A stretch of DNA of 64,000 nt from Nanobdellota archaeon. Lineage in GTDB: Archaea > Nanobdellota > Nanobdellia > Pacearchaeales > GW2011-AR1. A program made the position numbers and the translations under genes. Under the pieces are notes generated by a model that was not told the DNA's origin, did not search any database, and saw nothing but the letters and a program-made list of their open reading frames with translations. Location of the stretch: assembly GCA_030641715.1 (NCBI GenBank), contig DAOWGX010000015.1:560-64559 (forward strand), given 5' to 3'. This document shows positions 27,221-35,455 of the stretch, piece after piece (position 1 is the stretch's first letter; each line of letters begins with the position of its first letter).

Positions 27221-28061
27221 AGACGAAGTAAAAATCAAAGCAAAAGAATTGACTCCTGAAGAACAATTGAAGAGTATGACTGAAAAAGTGGACGCAAAAG
27301 AGAAGATTAAAGAAGACGCTGTCTCGAAAGAAGCGGATGAAACGTTTAAAGTCGAAGAAGGTCGTAGCAAGTTTAAGAGAGAAGATTGGAAAGACAGGTT
27401 TGCCCGTGAAGCTCGGGAGAAATTAGATAATTGGGTTCCTAGGACGCAGTTAGGCAGGGATGTTCGTGCTGGAAAGATTGAAAACATTGACGAAATTTTT
27501 GCTGAAGGTCGGAAGATTATGGAGCCCGAGATTGTAGATTTGTTAATTAAAGATTTGAAGACAGATAGTTTATTTATCGGTCAGGCAAAAGGAAAATTTG
27601 GTGGCGGGAAGAGGAGAGCATTTAGGCAGACTCAGAAGAAAACAAAAGAAGGTAATGTTTTGACTTTTGGTGTTATGGCTGTAGTCGGCGACGGACATGG
27701 ACACGTCGGACTTGGATACGGTCGAGCTTCCGAAACGCTGCCTGCAAAAGAAAAAGCATTTAGAAATGCCAAATTGAATATTGTTAAAATCCCTCGAGGC
27801 TGTGCGAGTTATGATTGTTCATGTGACGAAGAACATAGCATCCCCAATATTGTCGAGGGAAAATGTTCCTCCGTTAGTGTCAAGTTGATGCCAGCTCCAC
27901 AGGGAACTGGTTTGGTAATTGGAGATGAAATGAAAAAGATTTTAGGGGCTGCAGGGATAAAGGACATTTATAGCAAATGTTTGGGAAACACTAAAACGAC
28001 ATTTAATACTGCGAAGGCATGCATGAAGGCATTGAATAAATTGGGAGATATAAAATTATGA
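27210..28061 (+). CDS. rps5: 30S ribosomal protein S5 with a Lys/Glu-rich N-terminal extension.
   Basis: VVGDGHGHVGLGYGRASE and the dsRBD pattern. Confidence 0.9.
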   Translation: MTTKDEVKIKAKELTPEEQLKSMTEKVDAKEKIKEDAVSKEADETFKVEEGRSKFKREDWKDRFAREAREKLDNWVPRTQLGRDVRAGKIENIDEIFAEGRKIMEPEIVDLLIKDLKTDSLFIGQAKGKFGGGKRRAFRQTQKKTKEGNVLTFGVMAVVGDGHGHVGLGYGRASETLPAKEKAFRNAKLNIVKIPRGCASYDCSCDEEHSIPNIVEGKCSSVSVKLMPAPQGTGLVIGDEMKKILGAAGIKDIYSKCLGNTKTTFNTAKACMKALNKLGDIKL

Positions 28062-28399
28062 TATTGGTTTTGAGAATTGTGGGGCAAGTTAAGAATAAAA
28101 AGAAAGATAATGAAACTTTGAAGAGATTGAAATTGAACAAGAAGTTTACATGTATTCTAATTAAAGATGATGACACTGTGAGAGTTGGAATGGTAGAAGC
28201 TGTTGCTCACATAGTTGCTTATGGAAAAGTTGATGACGCATTTATCAAAGAATTGAAATCAGCAAGGAAAGATAAAGAAGGAATTTATTTTTTACATCCG
28301 CCACGAGGAGGATTTAAGAAAAGTTCGAAAGTTGCAACACCAAAAGGAATTCTAGGCGAGCATGAAGATATTGTTAAATTAGTTGGGAGAATGTTATGA
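28058..28399 (+). CDS. rpl30: 50S ribosomal protein L30.
   Basis: Position, plus LVLRIVGQV...TLKRLKLNKKFTCI. Confidence 0.75.
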   Translation: MILVLRIVGQVKNKKKDNETLKRLKLNKKFTCILIKDDDTVRVGMVEAVAHIVAYGKVDDAFIKELKSARKDKEGIYFLHPPRGGFKKSSKVATPKGILGEHEDIVKLVGRML

Positions 28400-28836
28400 A
28401 GACGCACAAGAGAAAAAAGAACTCTAGAATTCGAGGAGCACGAACTGTTGGATGGGGATTCCGGCAAAAGCATAAAGGTCATGGTAACAAAGGTGGGTTC
28501 GGTAAAGCAGGAACAGGGAAGAGGGGAGACCATAAAAAGCAAGTGGCTAGAGATTCAGATGAGAAGAAAAAGTATTTCGGAAAACAAGGAGCGACGTCGA
28601 GGAGAACGGAAAGAGTAAGACGTGAGAATATTAATTTGAGAGATATTAAAAATAATTTTTTCAAGAAAGACGGAGATAAAATTGATTTTTCCAAACACAA
28701 AATTCTCGGAACAGGTGAAGGATTTAAAGCAGAGATTAAAGCCTTGAGTGCATCTGCTTCGGCGATTGAGAAGATGGAAAAAGCTGGTGGGAAGATTGTT
28801 TTGCCAGTTAAAAAAGAGAATAATAAGCTTAAATAA
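28396..28836 (+). CDS. rpl15: 50S ribosomal protein L15.
   Basis: KRKKNSRIRGARTVGWGFRQKHKGHGNKGG. Confidence 0.85.
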   Translation: MKTHKRKKNSRIRGARTVGWGFRQKHKGHGNKGGFGKAGTGKRGDHKKQVARDSDEKKKYFGKQGATSRRTERVRRENINLRDIKNNFFKKDGDKIDFSKHKILGTGEGFKAEIKALSASASAIEKMEKAGGKIVLPVKKENNKLK

Positions 28837-28914
28837 AGTTACGAGTTCTATTATAAATTATCTTATTACTCTAACAATTAAATATATAAAATCGTTTATG
28901 TTTAATTTAACATT

Positions 28915-29394
28915 ATGAATATAAGAGAAGAATTTATGATGAAAGCTATTGAGGCAGCGAAAGAATCTGCAAAAAAAGGAGATTATGCTATTGGAGCCGT
29001 AGTTGTAAAAGATGATGAAGTTATCTCAGTAGGATATGAAACTTTAAAATCTGATAAGGATCCTGTGAATGGCCATGCGGAAATTGATGCCATTCGGAAA
29101 GCGTGCAAAAAATTAAATCAACCATATCTTGAAAATTGTGTTTTATATTCTACTCATGAACCATGTCCAATGTGTGCTTCTGCTTCAGTTTGGGCAAAGA
29201 TAGATACTATTGTTTTTGGAGTTTCTAGAGAAGATATGATTAAAGAAATGAAGAAAAAGTCAAGTGGAAAATTTTCTTGGAGACAAATTGACATTTCTTG
29301 TAAAGAGGTATTAGACAGAGGAATGCCCAAAATAAAATTGGTTTCAGGATTATTAAGAGATGAATGCCTGAAACTTTTTGATTTATCAAGTTAA
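28915..29394 (+). CDS. CMP/dCMP-type (CDA-fold) zinc deaminase.
   Basis: HAEIDAI ... PCPMCASA is the zinc-binding pair. Size is 159 aa. The gene lies between L15 and SecY. Confidence 0.8.
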   Translation: MNIREEFMMKAIEAAKESAKKGDYAIGAVVVKDDEVISVGYETLKSDKDPVNGHAEIDAIRKACKKLNQPYLENCVLYSTHEPCPMCASASVWAKIDTIVFGVSREDMIKEMKKKSSGKFSWRQIDISCKEVLDRGMPKIKLVSGLLRDECLKLFDLSS

Positions 29395-29551
29395 GGTCAG
29401 AACAACAATTTCATTTGATGAATAAACCTACAAAACTTTAAAAACCAAAATCCCTCTTCATAAAATATGATAAATAAAATATCAGGGGCAGCAGATTAGA
29501 TTGTGAAGTGAGTCGTTGCTCACTTGCTCAAAGATCTAAGGATTTTTTCGT

Positions 29552-30919
29552 ATGGGACTCCGAGAGTTGTTACACAATCTGCCTGAAGTCAGAGGACCGA
29601 CGCAGAAGAAAGTTAGTTTCAACATCAAACTCAAGTGGACACTCGTAATCCTCGTCGCGTTTTTCATCCTCGCCAACATCCCCCTGTTCGGAATCGCCGA
29701 GGGTTCGCTTTCTCGATTCGAGTATCTAGCGATTTTACTTGGAACTTCATTCGGCTCGATTATCTCCCTCGGTATCGGTCCTATCGTTATGGCTTCAATC
29801 ATCTTGCAGTTGCTTAGTGGTGCGCAGATTCTGAACATTGATCAAACTACTACTGAAGGTAAAAAGTTTTATCAGGCTATGCAAAAAGTTTTAGTCTTCT
29901 CATTCGTAATTTTCGAGGCATTAGTCTACGTTTTAATGAAAGGTATACAAGCCGATCCAGGATTCACAGGACTTGTAATCTTACAATTATGTCTCGGTGG
30001 TTTTTTAATCGTTTTTATGGATGAGGTTATCCAGAAATGGGGCTTCGGAAGTGGAGTTTCGTTGTTTATCGCGGCAGGTATCGGTTGGAGATTGTTTACC
30101 CAACTATTCCAATTCATAGGAACGCAGGGAACTTTCGAAGCATCGGGAAAAGTTTGGGCATTGATATCGTCGGTAATTGTTGGTGACGGTGCAGGTGCTG
30201 CCTGGGCTATTTTTCCAATCATTGTTACCGTGCTCTTATTCCTGGCGGTCGTTTTCGCCCAAAGTTTAAAAGTTGAGATTCCCTTAGCGTTTGATAGAAT
30301 TCGAGGACATTCTGTTAAATGGCCATTACAATTCTTTTATGTCGGAGTTATCCCAGTAATTCTAGTTTCAGCCTTAGCAGCTAATCTTCAGCTATTCGCG
30401 TCGCTGTTACAGAACTGGCTAGGTCACGCAACATTCCTCGGAGGGTTCGGTTCCAACGGCGTTCCAGTCTCAGGCCTATCCTACTGGATTCATTCCACTC
30501 CACTTTTAGAAACCATAATCAAAGGTAGCTTCAGATGGATTTACGCACTTCAAGCGACAGGTCACGTTTTATTTTACACAGTTTTCTCCGTCTTATTCGC
30601 ATTCTTCTGGGTTAGCACTTCAGGTCAGGATGCCCAAAGTCAGGCGAAGAAAATCATGAGTTCCGGAATGAATATGCCCGGATTTAGAAAAGACGAACGA
30701 GTTCTGGAATCAATCTTGAAAAGATATGTCACCCCCTTGACAGTTATGGGTGGTGCAGCAATCGGTATATTAGCGTCGGTCGCGAACTTATTCGGTGCCT
30801 TAGTGGGCGGAACCGCAATCCTTTTAGCAGTCATGATTCTTTACCAGTTATATCAAAACATCGCACAACAACACGCGGTGGACATGAACCCTGCATTGAA
30901 AGGATTTTTCGGAGCATAA
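29552..30919 (+). CDS. secY: Protein translocase subunit SecY.
   Basis: A 10-TM protein at the canonical post-L15 position, with a SecY-like plug and TM2 region. Confidence 0.9.
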   Translation: MGLRELLHNLPEVRGPTQKKVSFNIKLKWTLVILVAFFILANIPLFGIAEGSLSRFEYLAILLGTSFGSIISLGIGPIVMASIILQLLSGAQILNIDQTTTEGKKFYQAMQKVLVFSFVIFEALVYVLMKGIQADPGFTGLVILQLCLGGFLIVFMDEVIQKWGFGSGVSLFIAAGIGWRLFTQLFQFIGTQGTFEASGKVWALISSVIVGDGAGAAWAIFPIIVTVLLFLAVVFAQSLKVEIPLAFDRIRGHSVKWPLQFFYVGVIPVILVSALAANLQLFASLLQNWLGHATFLGGFGSNGVPVSGLSYWIHSTPLLETIIKGSFRWIYALQATGHVLFYTVFSVLFAFFWVSTSGQDAQSQAKKIMSSGMNMPGFRKDERVLESILKRYVTPLTVMGGAAIGILASVANLFGALVGGTAILLAVMILYQLYQNIAQQHAVDMNPALKGFFGA

Positions 30920-30934
30920 ATTTAAAAAGAAAAA

Positions 30935-31354
30935 TTGAGGATATATAATATGACATTAACAGAGATGGTGAACCAGTATCCATATATTTCTTTAGCAGTG
31001 ATTTCGTTTTTGGTTACTATATTTTCAACTCTTGCTCAGAAATGGTTAACGAATCAGGAGCATATGAAAAGTTTAAAGACGCGGCAGAAGGAAATTCAGA
31101 AAGAGTTGAAAGGATGTAAAGAAGAACATCTACTAAAAGAGTTGAATCTTGAGATGATGAATCTGACAGGCATTATGATGAAGGCTTCAATGAAACCTAT
31201 GTTTGTAACGATTATTCCATTCTTAATTTTATTTAATTGGTTGAAAGGAACGTACGGCGGGGAAGAACCTCTGATTGCAAGTTGGATTTGGTATTACCTA
31301 GGATTCAGCATAGCCTCTTCGATGGCATTAAGAAAAGTTTTGAAAGTCCACTAA
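30935..31354 (+). CDS. DUF106 / EMC3-TMCO1-like (Oxa1 superfamily) membrane protein.
   Basis: A 3-TM protein with a Lys/Glu-rich coiled region between TM1 and TM2, in the archaeal post-SecY neighbourhood. Confidence 0.5.
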   Translation: MRIYNMTLTEMVNQYPYISLAVISFLVTIFSTLAQKWLTNQEHMKSLKTRQKEIQKELKGCKEEHLLKELNLEMMNLTGIMMKASMKPMFVTIIPFLILFNWLKGTYGGEEPLIASWIWYYLGFSIASSMALRKVLKVH

Positions 31355-32172
31355 ATCTTTTTTAATTTTTCCCTTGCCCTCTTTACAAAACTCTCAGAGC
31401 TCAAAACTCCGAACTCACTAACAACTCCCGACAACATTTTTAATTTCGTCTTGTCAAAAGCAGGATTAATAACCTCTATCCCCTCATCGCGTTCATCCCA
31501 AACCTCCCGCGAAGAACGCCTTTCTATCCTGATCTTCTTCGTGAATTTCAACGATACCCCGCAAGAGTACCTCGGAATTTTATGAAACTTCGCCAACTTC
31601 ACTAACGTGCTCGTCCCAATTTTATTCGCCACTTCAGTTTTCGTAAAAGCATCAGCACCGAATAAAAAGACATCACATTTTTTTAAAGATTGTTCCGCAG
31701 CGAGGTCAGGAGCGATGATTACTTTAATATTCGCTTTCGCTAAATCTTTTGCAGTAGTCCGTCCTTGAAGCAACGGTTCGACCTCAGTCGTATAGACTAC
31801 AAATTTTTTCTTCTGTTTCTTCCTCGCATACTTCAAAATATCGATTACCGTCGAGGAATGGCAATGCGTATAAACATTCATATCATTTTTAATCAACTTC
31901 GCCCCACACTTTGCAATTTTTTCGTGAGATTTTTTCAAATCTTTAAGGAATTTTTTCGCAGTTAAACTTGGTAGTTTCGATTTAAGCAAGGTCTTTATCG
32001 CGTTTTGCATCAGAGGTTCGGTAGGTCTTGTTTTGAAAATTTTCTTCGCGGACTTCCTAGTAGGTTCCAATAAAAAAGCCCTAATTCCCGCCCTCGCAAT
32101 ATTTTCCGCACCCTGAATCTTTACAGACACTATATCTGAGAGTATTTTATCTAAATTTTCACCTCTTTTCAT
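31351..32172 (-). CDS. eIF-2B alpha/beta/delta family protein (candidate ribose-1,5-bisphosphate isomerase or aIF2B). The start is moved to the internal Met.
   Basis: IF2B-family core VYTHCHSSTVIDIL...VIIAPDLAA...VFLFGADA. The region upstream of 32172 is an AT-rich promoter shared with the divergent gene. Confidence 0.65.
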   Translation of the reverse strand: MKRGENLDKILSDIVSVKIQGAENIARAGIRAFLLEPTRKSAKKIFKTRPTEPLMQNAIKTLLKSKLPSLTAKKFLKDLKKSHEKIAKCGAKLIKNDMNVYTHCHSSTVIDILKYARKKQKKKFVVYTTEVEPLLQGRTTAKDLAKANIKVIIAPDLAAEQSLKKCDVFLFGADAFTKTEVANKIGTSTLVKLAKFHKIPRYSCGVSLKFTKKIRIERRSSREVWDERDEGIEVINPAFDKTKLKMLSGVVSEFGVLSSESFVKRAREKLKKI

Positions 32173-32271
32173 AAAACTAGCAATAGATTTAAGTATAAAA
32201 GTTTGTCGAATATTATATAAACTAAAATTGTTTAAAAAAACTGATGATAGAAATGTTGAAGTACCAAGGGT

Positions 32272-33162
32272 TTGGTTCATGGAGCAACTCAACAGGAGAC
32301 GAAAATGATTGAGATGCTGATGAAACCGAAGAAGGCAGAGAGGCATCCTTGGGAAATGTTTTTCGTCGGGTTGCTTTATGCTTCAGTTTCGTTCGGTTTA
32401 GTTTCGTTCATTTTTAATAAAGACTCCGTTTTAGGAGAAGGCTCCGGACTTCTGATGGTGATTTTTACCGTGATGTGTTGCCTACCTTTCATGTATTATA
32501 TTATTAAACTTGAAGAGGGAAAAGATATTGAGATTGATGATTCAGGGAGGCTGATTAAAGAACATTCTAAAGCACTCTATGCTCTAATGTGGATGTTCCT
32601 AGGATTCGTCGTCGCGTTTTCAGTGTGGTATGTCGTGCTTCCGGATTCAGCTGGACAGAATTTCAATTTCCAGATAAAAACCTTTTGTGCAATTAATAGC
32701 CCCTTGCATTATTCAAAATGTGTCGAGCATCACGGTGTACCCTTCGCGACCGGAGCAGTTACCGGGATGTATAATTTCTTCGCAATTTTTTCAAATAATA
32801 TCTATGTTCTAATTTTCACCATTTTGTTCTCACTAGCCTTCGGTGCCGGAGCGATATTCATCCTTGTGTGGAACGCGTCGGTAATAGGTGCAGCGATTGG
32901 AATTTTTGCGAAAGGAAGTCTTTCTAATTTGCCTGGAGGGTTATTAAGATATATGGTTCATGGAATCCCTGAAATTAGCGCTTATTTTGTAGGTGCTTTG
33001 GCTGGAGGGATTATCTCCGTTGCAGTTATCCGTAAAGATTTACAAGGGGAACGAACTTGGAAAATTTTGCAAGACTCCTTACTATTGGTAATTATCGCGA
33101 TTGGGATTCTGGTCGTGGCTGCGTTGATGGAAATTTATCTTACACCTGTTTTGTTTTACTAG
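32272..33162 (+). CDS. Polytopic membrane protein, DUF95/SpoIIM-like.
   Basis: A NN...FTILFSLAFGAGAIFILVWNASVIGAAIG pattern. The true start is probably at MIEMLMK. Confidence 0.35.
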   Translation: MVHGATQQETKMIEMLMKPKKAERHPWEMFFVGLLYASVSFGLVSFIFNKDSVLGEGSGLLMVIFTVMCCLPFMYYIIKLEEGKDIEIDDSGRLIKEHSKALYALMWMFLGFVVAFSVWYVVLPDSAGQNFNFQIKTFCAINSPLHYSKCVEHHGVPFATGAVTGMYNFFAIFSNNIYVLIFTILFSLAFGAGAIFILVWNASVIGAAIGIFAKGSLSNLPGGLLRYMVHGIPEISAYFVGALAGGIISVAVIRKDLQGERTWKILQDSLLLVIIAIGILVVAALMEIYLTPVLFY

Positions 33163-33196
33163 ATATATTTTTAAGCAATAAATTACAAGTTAAACC

Positions 33197-34189
33197 ATGA
33201 TATACCCCCCACTAATCTCCATGCTAATCAGCTTCTTCCTTTCCATAACGATTTTACCTCACTGGATTCATAAATGCAAAAAAGCCGGATTAGTATGGGA
33301 AGACATGAACAAATTCGGTCACCCTAAAAACGTCGCCTCGTCAGGAGGAATTTGCGTAGTCATGGCATTCGTCCTCGGAGTTTTGTTTTACGTCGCCCTA
33401 AAGACTTTCGTTTTTGGAGGGACTGTTAGAGCATTAGAAATTTTCTCCCTCCTAAGCGTCATACTCATATTAGGAATCGTCGGACTTACGGATGATCTAT
33501 TAGGATGGAAACATCAAGGACTTTCAATTCGGTTAAGATTAGTTCTTGCATTTGTAGCATCAATTCCTTTAGTGGTGATTAATGCAGGAACCCATGTAAT
33601 GAATTTGCCTTTTGTCGGCGTAGTTAACTTCGGAATTCTATACCCTTTAGTTCTAATCCCTCTGGGAATCGCAGGTGCGACGACATCATATAATTTTTTA
33701 GCAGGATTCAACGGGCTCGAAGCAGGACAGGGAATTCTAATCCTCAGTTTTCTATCTTACGTCGCATACGTTACAGGCTCACCTTGGCTCGCAATCGTCG
33801 GACTTTGCATGGTCGCCTCCCTAATCGGTTTTTATTTCTATAACAAATTCCCCGCGAGTGTTTTCCCTGGAGACATCATGACCTATGCCGTCGGAGCTTT
33901 GATTGCAGGAATGGCGATTTTAGGGAACTTCGAAAAAATTGCTATCGTGATCTTTATTCCATACATCCTAGAGATTATTTTAAAATTACGTGGCGGACTA
34001 AAGAAGCATTCATTCGGAGTTCCTAACAAAAATGGAAATTTAAAAATGCCTCACAAGAAAATTTATGGACTTGAGCATTTAGCGATTAAAATTTTGAATA
34101 AATCTGGACAAGCAACAGAGAGAAAAGTTACTTATATGATTCACGCATTTCAGATATTATTTATTCTAATCGCATTTTTGATGTTGTGA
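33197..34189 (+). CDS. UDP-GlcNAc:dolichyl-phosphate GlcNAc-1-phosphotransferase family (GT4 MraY/WecA/GPT superfamily; AglH-like).
   Basis: A polytopic protein with GLTDDLLGW (the DD motif) and an overall GPT layout. Confidence 0.6.
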   Translation: MIYPPLISMLISFFLSITILPHWIHKCKKAGLVWEDMNKFGHPKNVASSGGICVVMAFVLGVLFYVALKTFVFGGTVRALEIFSLLSVILILGIVGLTDDLLGWKHQGLSIRLRLVLAFVASIPLVVINAGTHVMNLPFVGVVNFGILYPLVLIPLGIAGATTSYNFLAGFNGLEAGQGILILSFLSYVAYVTGSPWLAIVGLCMVASLIGFYFYNKFPASVFPGDIMTYAVGALIAGMAILGNFEKIAIVIFIPYILEIILKLRGGLKKHSFGVPNKNGNLKMPHKKIYGLEHLAIKILNKSGQATERKVTYMIHAFQILFILIAFLML

Positions 34190-34223
34190 AAATGTTTTTA
34201 AACAGAAAAAAATTAGAAACAAT

Positions 34224-35240
34224 ATGGGAAAAAATATCTTGAAGTATTTAGGGAAAATTAGAGGTACACGACTGGGGCAACAGATAGCAAGAGGAATTCT
34301 TTCTACAAAAATAATTGTCAATAGCCCATTATATAAAAAACTCTACAATAAAAAAATTGAATCCGTTATGTCGGCGAGAGAGAAAGTGTTACCTCGAAGT
34401 CTTGAAATCGGAATTACGAATGCGTGTAATGCCAACTGCATCATGTGCCCCCATCATAAATTGGAAAAAATAGGATTCATGGATATGAAACTTTACAAAA
34501 AAATTATCGACGATGCCAGCTCCTCAGGCATTGGTGGCGTAGGACTTTCTTTTTTTGGAGAAGCATTTCTGGATAAGAATTTAATCGAGCGAATAAAATA
34601 TGCAAAATCCAAAGGACTCGGAGTTTCCTTTTTTACAAATGGATCCTTAATGAATAAAGAAAAAGCAGAAGAGATAATTAAAGCAGGACTAGATTCTATG
34701 GTGATTAGCTTGGATTCAATAAAAAAAGAAACTTACGAAAAAATAAGAAGAAACTTAAAATTTGAAGATACAAAAAATAATATTTTAGGATTAATCAAAT
34801 TGAAGGAGAAATTGAAGAAAAACAATCCTAAAATTAATCTCGTTTTTGTTTTAATGGATGAAAACGCGTCGGAATTGAAAGAATATTACAAGGAATGGAG
34901 AAGCAAGGTCAATAGTATTAATGTTATCAACATGAGAAACTGGTCTGGAGAAGTGAACAATAAGACAGAAAAAAGCATTCATTTCAAAAAAGGACTAGAA
35001 AGGACCCCTTGCGGGTTGTTGTGGCAACAATTTAATATCGACTGGGACGGGAAAGTTGTAATTTGTTGTAACGATTGGGGGCACAATGTTGTTTTAGGAG
35101 ATATGAATAAAGAAAGCATAAGCGATGTATGGTTCGGGAAGAAACTAAAAGCTATTCGAGAGGTGCACAAGAGAAGGGAATTTTATAAAATACCATTTTG
35201 TGCAAAGTGCAATAAAAAGACCATCTGGTGGCAGATGTAA
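34224..35240 (+). CDS. Radical SAM enzyme with a C-terminal SPASM/twitch Cys-rich domain.
   Basis: CNANCIMC (CxxxCxxC) is present N-terminally, and the C-terminus carries CGLLW...CCNDWGH...CAKCNKK. Confidence 0.75.
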   Translation: MGKNILKYLGKIRGTRLGQQIARGILSTKIIVNSPLYKKLYNKKIESVMSAREKVLPRSLEIGITNACNANCIMCPHHKLEKIGFMDMKLYKKIIDDASSSGIGGVGLSFFGEAFLDKNLIERIKYAKSKGLGVSFFTNGSLMNKEKAEEIIKAGLDSMVISLDSIKKETYEKIRRNLKFEDTKNNILGLIKLKEKLKKNNPKINLVFVLMDENASELKEYYKEWRSKVNSINVINMRNWSGEVNNKTEKSIHFKKGLERTPCGLLWQQFNIDWDGKVVICCNDWGHNVVLGDMNKESISDVWFGKKLKAIREVHKRREFYKIPFCAKCNKKTIWWQM

Positions 35241-35455
35241 GATGATTCATTAAAGCTAATAAATTATTAGATTTATCTTAAGGTTTAAAAAATATGAGAA
35301 TTTATATAAAAAAGTTTTAGCAGGAGATGTCCCGCGTGAAAAAATAATCGAACGAATGGAATTCGCCGACGAATACAACGTTGCTTCTAAGTCAGCTCAA
35401 AAAAGTTACAAATGTTAATAGTGAAGTTTTTAAATAACAAGAGTTATAAATTTCT

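Noticed and set aside
35260-35415. A GC-richer patch upstream of aglB with an open frame lacking a start (...LAGDVPREKIIERMEFADEYNVASKSAQKSYKC).
   Set aside because: No start codon and no recognisable domain. It may be a remnant of an older gene 3' end or a small RNA, with insufficient evidence to call.
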